In this document: piece after piece, positions 37,761 through 54,995 of the stretch
How positions within the stretch are numbered: the first letter of the stretch is position 1
Layout: each line of letters begins with the position of its first letter
Origin: Trichosphaerium sp. ATCC 40318
Taxonomy: Eukaryota > Protista > Tubulinea
Reading direction: 5' to 3'
DNA: 64,000 bases
Assembly (NCBI GenBank): GCA_038496445.1
Contig: JALMLS010000173.1
Location: 1-64,000, forward strand
Notes under the pieces: model-generated
Database searches by the model: none
What the model saw: the letters and a program-made list of their open reading frames with translations, nothing else
Told to the model about the DNA's origin: nothing
Program-made: the position numbers and the translations under genes

Positions 37761-40700
37761 CCTACCAAGCAATACAGCAAAGCAGTATGGGCTATAACTA
37801 TCAAGCATAAGCACAAGAGGTCAAAATCTTTTTTGTGTAAATTTATTGCGGAGTAGTTCAGAACAACTTAGAGAAACTATCGCAACCCTTGTTGCTCAAT
37901 CAAGCTCCAAATAGTACAGTGTCAAAGCACATTCTGACCCTGTCATTTGATTGGTTGTTTTTCTTTGTTGTAAATAAAAACACGTGCGCGAATGAGTGCT
38001 TTTTTGTTGATTATTTGCGAATGAGATTTTGCACGAATGTTGTTTTATTTCTCTTTCGTTAGGCACAGTGCGACGCTATGGCCTGTCTATTGTAAGTTTT
38101 TTATATTACTAGTTTTAGCACACTTAGACTTGTATAGGGTTATCTTTCACATCTTTTCAACCCTGTAATTGAAAAAGCTTGGTATGCATTTTAGTGTTTT
38201 TCCTATAAGGTTCCTTATACTGCTACCACACTCCTCCAACTCCACCACCGCCTGGTGAAGTACCTCTGACAAATTTCGTTAGAGCTTTAAATGTCTTTGT
38301 ATACTTTGTTACTTCCTTTAATTGCATTAGAATACCCACCTAACTTTTTCTTCTTCTCATATGAGCTTGTAAGAAACACCAATAATACTAAGTTAAAGTA
38401 CATGTACTCACATAAGAGTAAATTTATACACGCATCATGATCCATAGTAGAATCAAAAGCAAGAAAGTAGCTTTGCAGGCCTATTTGCAGATATGCGATT
38501 TTTTCGATTTTATCAATCAATAGAATTCCATGATGCAGCACTTTATCATACTCTCCTTATTGAAACAGATATGGTAAATAATGTTGCAATAATAAAGAGC
38601 GTCACACCTGTATTGAGGTAAGGCTTCATTGAATCCACGATAATCTTTACATCTCTCTAGTCGATAGGATAAGCATCATATCTGTTCCAGTTGTAATGTA
38701 TATAGCTCTATCAACCTTTGGCACAAACACCATGAGACCAGAGTTACAGTCCTTGAATCTAAATATACTAAATACCATATTTAAATACAGTCCAGTTGTA
38801 GCCAACACCCCAACGATCATGTAAAGCAGTAGCAAATTGCTTAGTGAACTATCAAAAAAAAGTAGGAAAAAACAAAGAACAATCCTCTTCACATTACAGT
38901 TGTGTCATAAGACTTATCTAATCTTTTGTTCGTGCACTAATTATATTGAATACAGAAGGTGTGAAATCGCCTTTTTTCTCTAACTGCCTAAGCCGGTACA
39001 AAAAGGTTTTCAAGCATTTAACAATCGCTAATTGTCCATTCCATCACTTGTAGCCAACCCAACTTGAGGATATCTTCATTTCTCTCATTTTATTAACTAA
39101 ATAAATGTTTTGCTTTACCTGTCGTATAAGGTTCCGCCTCACTCCAACAGCGAGTGTGTTTATACTCTTGTAAGATGCTGTTTCTAGATCGTCTTGTTAG
39201 AAGTTTATAAAGCGTCTTCGCCACGCTGCTTCTACTAATAGACGTTATACGTACAGCATAACAAATACGACAGAGAGCAGTACACAAGTCTCTAAAACCA
39301 CAACCGCTCGCTACAGCAGCGAGAAAGAGCTTGCTATACAATACTTAAACGGCGGTAGTCTTTTTTTCACAGAGGTCTTCATGATTGTACGTGTTACCTC
39401 AAGGCGTACTTGGCTACTCGCTGTGGCAGCTAGTGGCACTACTCTATGAACATGGCTGTAATTTTATCACGATAACATATATTGCTTTAGCCTTATCCAC
39501 GCATCAATTGATCTCATGTTTACCCATTTAGAGCGTTTTTGAGGGTTTTGCTACTCTAAAGCCCTCAAAAACGTTTCAAATGCACTAAACAGGCGCTTAC
39601 AGTCCTTTTGGCGCTTTCTTTCCTTTATTATTTTAGTAGCTAAAAAAAACTGACCGTTGGAGAAAAAGTGCGACTGCAACTTTTTTCAACGAGAAAAGGC
39701 AAGCTGCAACAACATAGGGGTATTGGCTTGAACTCTGTTCGCTTTTATTGTAGAGGTATCCCATTCGTAGGTGATAAGGGTTTACTGTTACCTCGTGCAG
39801 CTCCGTTGCAGTTTTGTCTTTTCTCATCTGCTCAAAGACTCTAAAAATTGGTTAGTAGCATCATTATACAAGGTAAGGCGTTCCCTTTAACTTAGTATCA
39901 GCGTTCTGACTTTTTGTTCGAGTAGTTGCACGGAGGACACTGTAGACGCATGGAGAGAGTAGTAACGCTTATTCAGCTTCTGCACCTTTTTGTTTAACTC
40001 TTTTTTGTTTTGTTTTGATCCTTGCGCGTTTAGTTTTCACCAAGACACCGCTGAATGGTTTGTCTCTTGTTACCCTTTTAATGTCTGTGTTGGAACCCGT
40101 GTTTGCCAAATTTGATTGCTGTTACGTATTCAAGAGGCGTAGTGAGCGTTACAGCTCTCGTTTATTAATATAAATGAAATGCAAATAGCTTATTTTTACA
40201 GAACATTTGAGGTTGCCCAAACGTACTGCAGTTTAGCTCACACTTTACGTGCTATTGCCGCCATCTCAAAAATGTTTCGAAGTTGTCATGTGTGCTTCAA
40301 TCATGACTTAGCGATGGCACTAATATTGCTTGTGCACGTCCGAATACACTTAGCTTAGCACTGTTGCACTCCAAACGCTGTAGGCATCAATAGTATAGAA
40401 TCGTTTCTGTAAGCCTTATCTGTTAACGACAGACATCATGTGCGATGTAGACTAGGTTGTTGTTAATATTGTCAAGTCGCTGAACTTCGCAACTTTTCGC
40501 TGTTTGTGATGCATGGTTTTCGAGTTTAGTCAGATCTTGCAAATGTTTGTTAGTTCTTATAGAACTGACAATTTTGCTAGAGCTAGGTCCAACGTTTGAA
40601 ATGATCCACGCTATTGTGAGAAATTATGAATATGCACTAGGACCACGTGATTTTAAAACCAATACCATATTATTTTTATTTCACATTTTGTACTAGCGTG

Positions 40701-41239
40701 TGCAGCGTAGTACGATAACAATACCTAGTAATTCATCACACCCAAAATTAAATTGCTACCGTGCGATTCGTTGTAGAATATCCTAAGTTGATTATTCGAC
40801 GTAAGGCACGTCCCCATGCTACTCTTGAAATTATTACCATGGAAGGGTGTCCTAAGTCGCTTTTCTTGACAACGCCCGTGACTAGCTCTGTGTTGCCACT
40901 TAACTTAAAGTCATTCCGGCGAAAAAAACCTTAAAACATTTTTTGTAATGTCACAGGCAGGTTATAGTTATCAACTTGATACCTTGTCGTGTACTACTAT
41001 ACGCCGGTCCCTTCCAGCAGCAAAGGGGGTTATTTTTCTCCGGGGTACGTCAAGAATAGAAGCCTACGCCCGATTAAGGTTTTTTTTTCTTCTTTTTTGA
41101 CTCTTTACGCTTTTAGTAAGTTATGCTAGACACGCTATAAAGATTCTTACAGGTGTATCGCCCCGTAATTGCTGCGCTGTAATGCATTACATTCTTTTTT
41201 AAGCACTACAGATGCTGTGCACTTAATTTCGAGTTACCA

Positions 41240-42164
41240 ATGCAACTCCTCATCGTTCTAGTCTTTGTAGGCATAGCTTTAGCTGATGTTTATCCTATTC
41301 CCCCACCAATAACAAGCACTCAATTTGAGTTTGTAGCTCATTTTCGCGGTATGGGCCCGGGTTCACTCAATGGTACACAAGCTTGGATGTCTTCAGGTCC
41401 AAAAAGCTTCAAATACGTATGCTATCGATAGTATGCTCTTATTTCGTATTTATTCCTTCAAGTTGGTTACTACAATAGACGAAGATAGTGATTTGGATAG
41501 TTCCCTTACGATTACAACACCAACAGAGGTACATTGACTTTTCCTTAAAGAAGTTGAAGACAGCACTTTTTTTTTGGGGTTTGTTCTACAAGCTTAGAGG
41601 GTTGGCCCGTTTAAGTGTGACTGCTTATGCAACTGTTATTGTCTTACTTCTTACCAGAGAGCTTCATATGACTATGAACCTGAAGGCTCGTGCAGCGGCT
41701 ATGTTTATCCTCTTCCTGATGAAGATGATCCTGTTTGCAACTGGACCAAAGTATGCCACTTTTTTATTTAGCTCTTACTTCTTTACAACATGACTTATCA
41801 CGTGATTGTAGGTAAACGAAGAAAATTGGACCCAAACATGCGTTGGTGAAGATGAAAAGTCCTTTGTTAGTGTACTTCTTGATGATAACGGAGCTATCAA
41901 GTCGATTGATCAGATATTACATTCTGATAGTTTGACTATTCAGATGTTTTCTGAGATAACAAAGCATCTCCCTCCACCAACAGATGCAGTATTTGATGTA
42001 CGTTTAAATGGTTTCAAGTTGTGTATAAAAAAGAGACACTTTTGTTTGTCACGTGCATAATTGTTGATTAAATTATTAAGGTACCATCTGGATGTGACGA
42101 AGGATTTAAGCGTTCAAATAAGCTCCCTATGTTAGCCAAACTCTTGAAAATGATAAACCAATAA
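41240..42164 (+). CDS. Secreted ependymin-related (EPDR-like) protein
   Basis: Signal peptide MQLLIVLVFVGIALAD, then PIPPPITSTQF, a Cys-rich middle and C-terminal PPTDAVFD|VPSGC, which matches the EPDR P-x-x-x-F-D-x-P-x-x-C ending. Confidence 0.6.
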
Positions 42165-43117
42165 AGAGTGGTATGATAACAGCTATACACGTAACAGTCA
42201 ACATCACGACTTACCAAACACGCGACTTGTTATCTTTAAGTACGCTGTTGTACGAGGTTACCCAGATTATCGAGTACAAAGATAATCATTTTTCATACTG
42301 TCAGGTTCATCATTGTGAGCATGTACTGCGTTTTAAGCAAACGGCATTTTTTACGCACCTGCAAGTAAACGCCATTTAAAATACGTGCTACGTGGACATT
42401 GTTTGGGGCTATGAGCGAAGCAATTAATATAAAAATGGGAATTTCGTTCGCCTTGTTTCATGAACATAGTAAGGAACCCAAATGGATAGCTCCATTCTCT
42501 GAACTGTTTTACAAGCAGTTCTTGAAAAGCACCAGTGCTAGTAAAGCCGACAACATAGGAATTGACCCGGATTACGCGAATAAAATATCGACTTGGGCGT
42601 GACTTAAAAAGTAGAGCTACCTAAGTCAGTTTCATTTTTCTACCATTCTAGATACAAAGACAACAATGCTCATTGTAGTGTTAATACTAGGCATAGTACT
42701 ATTCGCACTCACAGCCTCTATACATTTCGGTTTCTTCATCTACAAAACAGTTTTTAGAGCTTCTACTGGGTACCAGGGTATCGATGAGAATGTAATAAAC
42801 ATGCAGTCAGTCTTCTTTGTTTCTTGTTTTATCATTGGAATGAAAAAAGCCAAGAAATTTAACAAAACAAATGCCGTTTGAGTGAAGGTTTAGGATGCTT
42901 TACTGATACCATAAATGTAATGCACATGAAACTGTGGTCTCATTCAGATAAAAGATGCCACAAATAGGTCAAATAGTTAAGTATTGAAGCGTCTTAACAG
43001 TGACAAAAATAGCTTTGCTTTTTTTTTCTGAATTATTAATTGCAAGATTCCTTCCTCTCAAAGACAACTGTATGAACTTGATTTGTGAAGGTAGGTACAA
43101 TTTTTAAGTTTTTATTA

Positions 43118-46465
<3,348 letters not shown>

Positions 46466-46854
46466 TTGAAACTACAGTCAAATACGTTCAGTGTATTTTT
46501 CAGTTGAAGCTATTCAAAGTGTTGTAAATTGTACCCATTACGCCTATGACGCGTATCCTAATATTCACAAGCTGTAAAACCGTTTTGACGTTGAATTTAA
46601 ATTACTGAGACTAAACAACGTACAAAACGCTATTTCAAGAGCAATTTAGTTGCATCTACCATCTTCAGGTGGTATACAAACCATAGGGACAACTGCGACT
46701 AATATGATTTTACTGAGTTTGTTACGCGTATAGAAGCAAAAGGCACTTCGAATCGCATTTTTCTACGTCGTTAAAAAAATCGAGTTTTCGAAATTGTCGT
46801 TACGATTTCCTGGTGAAGTGCCACACTACAACTGCTAGCTCACGTTGTGATGAC

Positions 46855-49800
46855 ATGAGCTTGTTCAGTTCACCACCGCTATCACCACGAGGCAATCGTC
46901 CTACGTTCAAGCCCATAACAAACCTAAGCCACGTACGTGTTAGCTATGCGCAGCTGGGCGCTAATCTGCTAATAATTTGGTTATTTAAAACTGACAAGAG
47001 TCACAGCAAAAAGATCGGGATGACGACCCTGCAGCAAGTTCGGTTGCCTCAGAGCTTGAGGACTACCAGTTTCAAGAGAAAAAAATAAAACACCACTCAA
47101 GAGTACTCCATTCAACTCTGGAACGCGCCGATGGTGTCTACGAAGGTGAAACGTACAAGGGAGAGGTTCGTGCCCCAAAATTGTCCTTAAAAAATCTTAA
47201 CGCTCGTAAAAAAAGGCGCACGGCATTGGGCGTAAGACATACACTAACGGTAAAGTGTATGAAGGTCAATTCGATAATGGTAACAAGTATGGCTACGGAA
47301 CGGAGATTGAAAGCACTGGAGAAAAGTACCAGGTACAACGATTGGTTTTTTAACATCTCCCAATACGATCAAAACAAAAAAGGGAATTGTACCTAAACGG
47401 CACTACAAAACCTTTTTATTTATTCCCCTACGCACCATGTTAATAATTTAGGGCGAATGGAAGAGTAATGTACGTCATGGAATGGGTGCTTGCTCTTGGC
47501 CAAATGGAGAGTTTTTTGAGGGTTTCTGGGAGCGAGGAGATCGTTCTAAGGGTATTTATATGTTCCAATCACGAAAAATCAAGTATGAAGGTGCTTGGAA
47601 GAGTGACGCTCCAGGTATGTGTTTGTTTTTAGCTTACGTTTTATACATTCGTTTTTGGCCACGTTTTTTGGTTTTTTTCAGAAATCTGGCACTTGGGTAC
47701 ATATGATTACCTCAAAGTATGATTGAATCTACATCTTGAGAGTTTTTTCTATAACGTCAGGTCATGGCTTTTGAACTGCTAGGCCGATAGTGTTTTTGGT
47801 TGAGGGTTTTTTAATTTATTTTTTTTTGTTTTATTTTTACTTCTGACGCTTGAGATTTATTGTTAACTGTTTGTTAAATTATTAGCGCGTACTGGTAAGC
47901 TTTTAGTAGAAGATGGTATTTATAATGGTCATCTATCATATAAGTTAGTTGGCAGATACGTTGTTAAAGCGTACGAGATTTTTAGACAAGGACAGGCACG
48001 TGCTAAAAAAAGTTACACAAATATTTGTAAATAAACTAATTTTTTCGATTAGGGCGAGTTGCATTACTCTGACTCCTCGCGATACTATGGTTCATGGAAA
48101 TATAATAAAAGAGATGGTTATGGTGTTTATGTAACAAAAGATGGAACGGCGTACTATGGACAATGGAAAGCCGATAAGGTAAGAAAAAAAGAAAAAAAAG
48201 CTTTATGTTTGTTGTACCACGCGCCATTGCCTTTTTTGTTCTGGTACGAGTTGGCTAATGTTATTTATTTATAGAAACATGGTACAGGGACATTAATTTA
48301 TATGGATGGGACAGTTTATGAGGGATTCTTCTCTGGAGATACAAAACATGGTAAAGGAGCATTGTATTTACCAAATGGAGATATTATAAGAGGAGAGTTT
48401 AAGGAAGATAATATATTACGTGCGTCATACACGAAGGGCGTACATACGGGTGCCTCTAAGATGGTACGACTTGTTTGTTTTTGAGCAAAACTTAAGCATA
48501 GCTGGGACAGCACTGGATTTTTTTTGTTTTGATGATTTCGTGTAGGCAAAGGACTTGTTTCAGTACTTGGTGAATAATCCTTCTTCAAGAGTATTGCAGG
48601 AGCATCAAATGACATCTGTTTGTAAATGGAGTTCACTTGGTGGTATGTTAGTCAACTAACAACGAAGTGAAACGTTCTGTTTTGTTTGTTTAACTTTTTC
48701 TTGTTGTCAGGTGTAAATTTTGGCAATAGGATAGGTCATATTAGAATTACTGATGAAAAACATATTCCTCGTTTATTGAGGTGTGTCACGTGATTTTTTT
48801 TAATTTTTTTTGCCAGTCTTGAGCCAAGAAAAACTGCTTTCATTTCAAAGAATATGTCACTTACATTTTTTGTTAAACAAGGGATACATCACGACCTCTT
48901 CATACGATTGTGGTTAGTTTTGTTAATGTTTTCAACTGGAAGTATAGTACTTCTCGTTTACGGAAACATCCTAATCAGTTCATATTACCCAGTGCTGTGG
49001 ATGATATTTTATCGTTTATACGTACGTCAATACTCACTTTCTTTTTTTTTTCCTTTTTGTTGAAGATTTTATGCTTATTCTTGTATGCAGGGTACCTCAC
49101 AAACTTAATAATTAAAATGATTGAACAGACTGTAAACGAACAACTTAAGTTATCTAAGAAGAGACGAGCTTTTGCTACTGTTATGGAAGCGATATTTCCT
49201 CACACATACACATCATTATTTGGTCTTTATAAACATTACGTTCGTGCTTTATAACATTAGTTATTTTCTTGGTATGTTGTAGAGATAAACTAACTCATGA
49301 TTGATCTTAGGAGAGTAAGAATGAAGCTGAATTAAATAACAAGCGATCTCAGATAAGAGAAGTCTCAATGGCTGAGATTGGTATAAAGGTAAGCTCTTCA
49401 AGGTTGTCAGAAATAACACAAAAGAAGAAACCAACGTTCACTGTTGTTCTCACACTTTTAAAAATAGAGCCGACATATACTACCAATAGAGTTCTGGGGC
49501 CGTCGTATAAGAAAGTACGTATCTATATGGATAAATAGAAAAAAGAAATTAATACATCTTGGAAATGTTTGACTTTTTGTATTAAAATATTTTATCTTAA
49601 GGAGACGGTCACATACTCGCAGTCGTACAATAGATAATAAAAATGAGCCAAAGAAGAAAGAAACAACAAGCACAAGGTCATCACTTCGACGTAATTCAAC
49701 GTTATCAAGAACAGCACCATTACCTCGTCCTGGACTTGTTAAACCTCTTAACCTTAGCAAATCTATAAATCTTGATAATGAAACAAGGTCTAAGAGTAGC

Positions 49801-51902
49801 AGAGAATCAAGAAAAGTTGTTGATAAATTCGACCCATTATCAGAGTTGGATGTGATTCAAAATAACGTTAAAGATGCCATAACGTTCAGCCTTCCTATCT
49901 CAAAGCAAAAGAAAGGTGTGAACCAGGGTGATCTTTTACAGGGACTTAAGAAGAGTGCCATGTCTAAAAACACAAAACCTTCGAATGGGTCTACAACTAA
50001 GGTTACTAAATCGAGTACATTGGACGATACTGCTTCTGAACAAGATGAATTATCAGTTATAAGCACAGGAACCGATGGTCTAAGCACAGCTACGGATACT
50101 ACAGACATCAGCGAGACTAGTGAAGGTGCTGTAGATATTGCAGAACTTTCCGAAGTGAGTAAAGACAAACCTGATTCAAGTGGTCTTAAAGCGCCTTTGA
50201 ATACACCTGTAACCTCACCTCCATCGTCTCCAGCACCAGTGGCTGTAATTAACCCAGTTATTACAAGTCCACCGACCTCACCAGTTGTGCTAAACGGTGA
50301 CATTATATTCAATCAAACAGAAAAAGATGGCGACCAAAAAGATAGCTCAGAACAAGATGTCACCCGGGATGAGAGTCAAAAATCGAATGATGAGATGCGT
50401 AATGCTATAATGGAACCAAACGAGGGTATAACTGTAGCTAGACATGCTGCTTGTAAGTGTGCAGTACTAGTGAGTTTTTTTTCTAATTTTTTTTTCAATA
50501 GTGGAAGCACAGTTGGCTTCAGAGTCTGCTTTAAAAGATGTTAATGATATGGAAGCTCGTAAAAACAGTTCTAGAAATTCAAGTCCTGCTAGTAGTGCTG
50601 GATCAACAGCATCTCAATCTGGTGGTATGAAGACCGAAACGACGAAGACGAGAGCAGGTGTAAGTTGTTTTTTGTTTTAGCTTGAGCCTTTCAGAAAATC
50701 AAAAAATCTCACTTAGGGACAACCTTTGATATTTATTTTAGACGAATTCTATGGGTGTTAGACGTAGACGTGCACAAACTGCTTCTAAGAGAAGGGTAAG
50801 TATTTTTTGTTATGTCAAGGGTTAGGTACTTATTGTTCTGGTTTTAGAATAAGGAACCTTACTTGTCTGTCATTGAGAGCATTGAGAATATACAAGTTCA
50901 TAAAACTCCATTATCTAAGCTTCGTTGTATTGTCAAGGCTAGTAACGCAATATTGGAGGCTGTTGATGAGTATTATAGTACAAAGACAGGCGATACTAGC
51001 GTCACAATCATGTGCGTGGAGTTTTTTGTGATTTTTTCTCCGTTTTTTTTTTTTTTTTTGCTGTTCACCAAGCAAGAAGCTGATCTTGCTCTTTAGGGCT
51101 GCTGAAGATAAACTTCCTGTTATGATATTCGCTATTCTTCGGTCTAAAATTGATCATTTGTATTGGTACGTGCCACATCTTTGTGGCGTTTATTTTCGAG
51201 TTTATTTGTGCGCGTGAAGCTAACTAACTTCTTCCAGTCATATGTGCTTCTTGAGTGATTTTGTAAATGAAGAGACAGTACCTGATCCAGAGAGTGTCTA
51301 TAGACTTGAAGAGTTCAAGGTATTCCTTCTACAAGCGCTAAACTCCTTCATTCTTTATTTGACATTTTTTTGTTTTAGACAGCTATAAAATACATAATGG
51401 CTCTTGATTACAAAGTCCGTGATGAGAAGGGTATGGAGTATCATTTTACTATGTGTTGGAACAATTAACTTATTTTATTTACTTTAGGTGTTCTTATTCC
51501 GTTATATGTATTAAAAGAACGTGTAGAGTGGGCTATCAAGCAGGTTGGTTTGAACCTTTTTCTTTCCTTAATCTTACTTTTTTCTTACTTTTTTCTTAGA
51601 TTAAAGCGAACAATAAGCGTGGTACATATAAATTAGAATGGTCTGTTACTATGCTTAGAAAGCTATCTATTCGTCGTAATAGTAGGTTTGCTACATATAA
51701 ACTACCTACAGATCAAGTAGAGATGGTAAAAGCAACAAATATGTCTATCACACAAAGTTTGCTTAATGAGATTGGTCTAAAAGTAGCTATTGTTGATGGT
51801 GTATATAAGGTGGACTTTAAAGTAAGGTATCCAGCTTATGTATATGGTAGCCTTGCTGCTACTTTCTCTCGTTTGTTGTCATCTCGCTCACGATTGTTGT
51901 AA
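46855..51902 (+). CDS. MORN-repeat + VPS9 domain protein (alsin-like Rab5 GEF)
   Basis: MORN repeats (RHGMGACSWPNGEFFEGFWERG, YYGSWKYNKRDGYGVY, YEGFFSGDTKHGKG), a Ser/Thr-rich insert, and VPS9 TPLSKLRCIVKA..AAEDKLPVMIFAILRS..YRLEEF. Confidence 0.85.
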
Positions 51903-52318
51903 ATAAACAAAATGAAAACTCTACACAAACAAAGAAAACAAAATAGACTTGTATTCAGTTCTTGACTTGCTTTATACCTGTATTGATGTAAATCACACTG
52001 CAAAGGTAGCTGCAATATCTCAATTCCTAAATTCTGAATGATAACAGCTTGAGTTGCTATCAAAACGGACATTGTTTCAGATTTCACTCATCTTTTACTA
52101 TGTTTACCTAGATTATTGAGCCTGTTCTCTTTTTAACATAGCGTATACGAAGCGCGTTCTCATCAACGACCTTCATTAACTTCTGCGTGTTGCAGACTTT
52201 TATCTCATTTTCGAATTAGTAACTCTGCCATTGCTAGAAGCTCGGCTACTAAGTTGAACCATATACAGAATTTTATAAATAGAACACGTTTTATTGGTTG
52301 GTTGAACCAATAAATAAA

Positions 52319-53463
52319 TCAACCTAAGCTTGCATCTAGTGATACAGCAAGAGATATACCTTCCTCTTCTTCTTCAGAAGATTCTTCCTCTTCAGATGAT
52401 GACTCCTCTTCAGAAGATGATTCTTCTTCCTCAGACGAAGACTCTTCATCATCTTCATCTCCACTACTTTCTTCCATAGAAGACTCTTCCTCTTCTTCAT
52501 CAGAAACAGAATCAGAGCTCTCACTCTCATCTGAAGAGTCTTGTCCTATGCCTGCTGAAGGCATAGCAACGTTAACGTTACCTTCAACACCAAATGATCC
52601 TTCTTCATCATCAGAAGAAGAAGAATCTTCATCATCATCAGAAGATGACTCTTCAGAATTATCGTCTTCTTCATCAACAGATTTTTCATAAAGAGAATAA
52701 TCCTCCTCTTGTGATGTATAATCCGAAGAGTCATCAACCACAAGGGCTCCTTTAGCACTTGCTTTAAGGCCTCCATTGATCATTTTAATGCTTGGTTGAT
52801 GTCCTGACTCTGAAAGCCTTAAAGAACCAGAAACTGACTCTCCTGAACCTGTGCTTGAAGATTCTTCTAATTTAGCTGCTAACTGCTTTGACGCTGATTC
52901 TTTACGCTTAGATGTGGCTACTGAGAGCAAAACGCCCTCTTCTTCTACATCTGCGCCTCCAACGATTGTGACGCTTCCCAAATTCTTTTTACTCTTCTTT
53001 TTCGCCTTCTTAGACTCAGATGGAGGAGCATTAGCGCTTGCACCAGCAGTATAAGCCTTAGGTGGGCAACAGCAACACCATAGTATTATCACTAGGATAC
53101 CAACGCCAAGGAGTACTTGTAAGCGGGTTAGATTTACAAGCAACGATTTTTGGTAGTTTTTGAAATGAATTGTATTAAAAACGTTGTCATACGCGTAAAA
53201 GTGGTATAGTGAATCAATTGATGCAATTAGACATCGTTTTAATGGAAAGTAATTTTTTTTGTGTTTTACGTACCACCAACGCATACTAATATCACCGTAT
53301 CTACCGTTTCTAGAAATGCAAGCGATGCTAAGGATGCGTTAGAATAAAATTATTCAATCTCGAACGTACATGTTGTAGGTGTATCTATAGGCGCTAATGG
53401 AGTATTTTGCGCCACTACGATAGATAAACAGGCGAGTACTAAAACTACAACCGAAATAGTCAT
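52319..53463 (-). CDS. Type I membrane protein with Ser/Glu/Asp-rich cytoplasmic tail
   Basis: Signal peptide MTISVVVLVLACLSIVVAQ; TM VLLGVGILVIILW followed by CCCC and a Lys cluster; long acidic low-complexity C-terminus. Confidence 0.7.
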
Positions 53464-54995
53464 TTTAATGACCAGAATAGCGTTTGTTTCGTTTGGTTTG
53501 GATGAAACCTGTCCAAATACAGCTTGAACAATTTATTGTTCTGGATGCGGACGAATGTTCAAAAAAAGCGATTGTGGACTTAAATGTACCAAATAGCCTT
53601 ATTCGGCTTTTTGATGTTGGCCCGTTTCATTGCTGCGTATATTTACAATAACGTACATGTGATAATGAGTATAAACAAGATTGCAAAATGTGAAAACTCG
53701 TTTTATTTCGTTTGATACAGTTCACATTATTTTTTTCCCCAGCTGGTTTTATAAGTGAAATAAAAACAAAGGTTTCTGTGTTGTGGACACATAGTCATTT
53801 TTGTTGCGCCGTTTAGGGCAACGTGCTCAACCAACACGGTGCAAGTGAATCATCCACGTGTATGAAGTTACACGCTATACAATCACAGATAATTAAACCA
53901 CTGCATTAGGTGCTCAACAGATTAAAGCTGCAAAAAAGACAGAGCAAATTGCTTGACATCCTATCTCTTTGTTTGACGACCTCACGCAGTTTGAGATCCT
54001 ACTAAGTGAGTATGGTGGTCCCAACGATTCTTCTAAAGGAATAGTATACTGTTGCTGTTGCAAAGTGTCATCCGTTCGATTTTTTCTGATAATCAATGGA
54101 CCTTGAGATACGCGTGCTTCTCCGGGTTTCTAAATGATGTAAATAGTCAACTAGGTCTTGCACTTTGCGTGACAAGTTTGTTGCGTTGATGAAATAAATC
54201 ACGAGGCCGTTGAAAATGGGCTATGTTTGTACGACCGATATTGAATAGTACAGCGCTTGTTTTCATTTGTTCGTGGCTACCACTTTGATCGTGATAAGGA
54301 GCCTTTGCTTACTTTTCAGCCTCTTTCATCACCTTTGCTATAACGAGAATAGTTCGTGGAACAGTATAGGCTATTATGGTTTTGGTTAATAGTCGTGAGA
54401 TTCTTCCTACTATTACTTGTATTCTTTCAGATACAACTCTGTAAAATGAGGTACAGCAAACAGAGCTAGCGAAAAAAAACCCAACTCAATGAAGTCTTCT
54501 GCACCTTCTCAAGCTAATGATGAGGCTAAAGGATTATAATATTATGCTTTGGGTAACAGCCTAAACGATAAAAATAAACGTTTACAACGCTAGCCAAACC
54601 ACGTATACCTCACATGAAGTTTTAAGCATTTGTTGATCCGCGCTTACTTCATGCTTTCTAAAAACAGCTTCTTAGTCTTTTTTTACTGAATAGCCACCAA
54701 CTATTACAACTACTATTACAAACACGCCACCAAATCCTACTGCAACACAAGCAACAGTTCCCCCATAGTCATTTTCCAGCGGGATTTTCTGGGAGGGCTT
54801 GGGAGGTACTTCAAAACCGGATAAATAGACTATTCGGAGCAATTAAAAGCGTAAAATAGAAGTTTATTTTTGCTATGACACAACCACACGTCGTTCAGAT
54901 TTGATTCAATGAAATAACGAATTTTTTCTAAATTTCTGGAAAGGATGAAATACACTTGTAGTTCTCTGCCTGCCAATAAAAAAAATCCCAACACC

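Noticed and set aside
38030-38830. Possible spliced plus-strand gene
   Set aside because: Splice-like signals exist but I could not build a stop-free model or recognise a domain.
42399-42881. Two short ORFs, one with a TM segment
   Set aside because: No convincing splice join or homology; left uncalled.
46855-51902. MORN-VPS9 gene as part of the Rab/dynamin-VPS9 module
   Set aside because: It has a conventional alsin-like architecture, is single copy here and lies among housekeeping genes; proximity may be coincidental.
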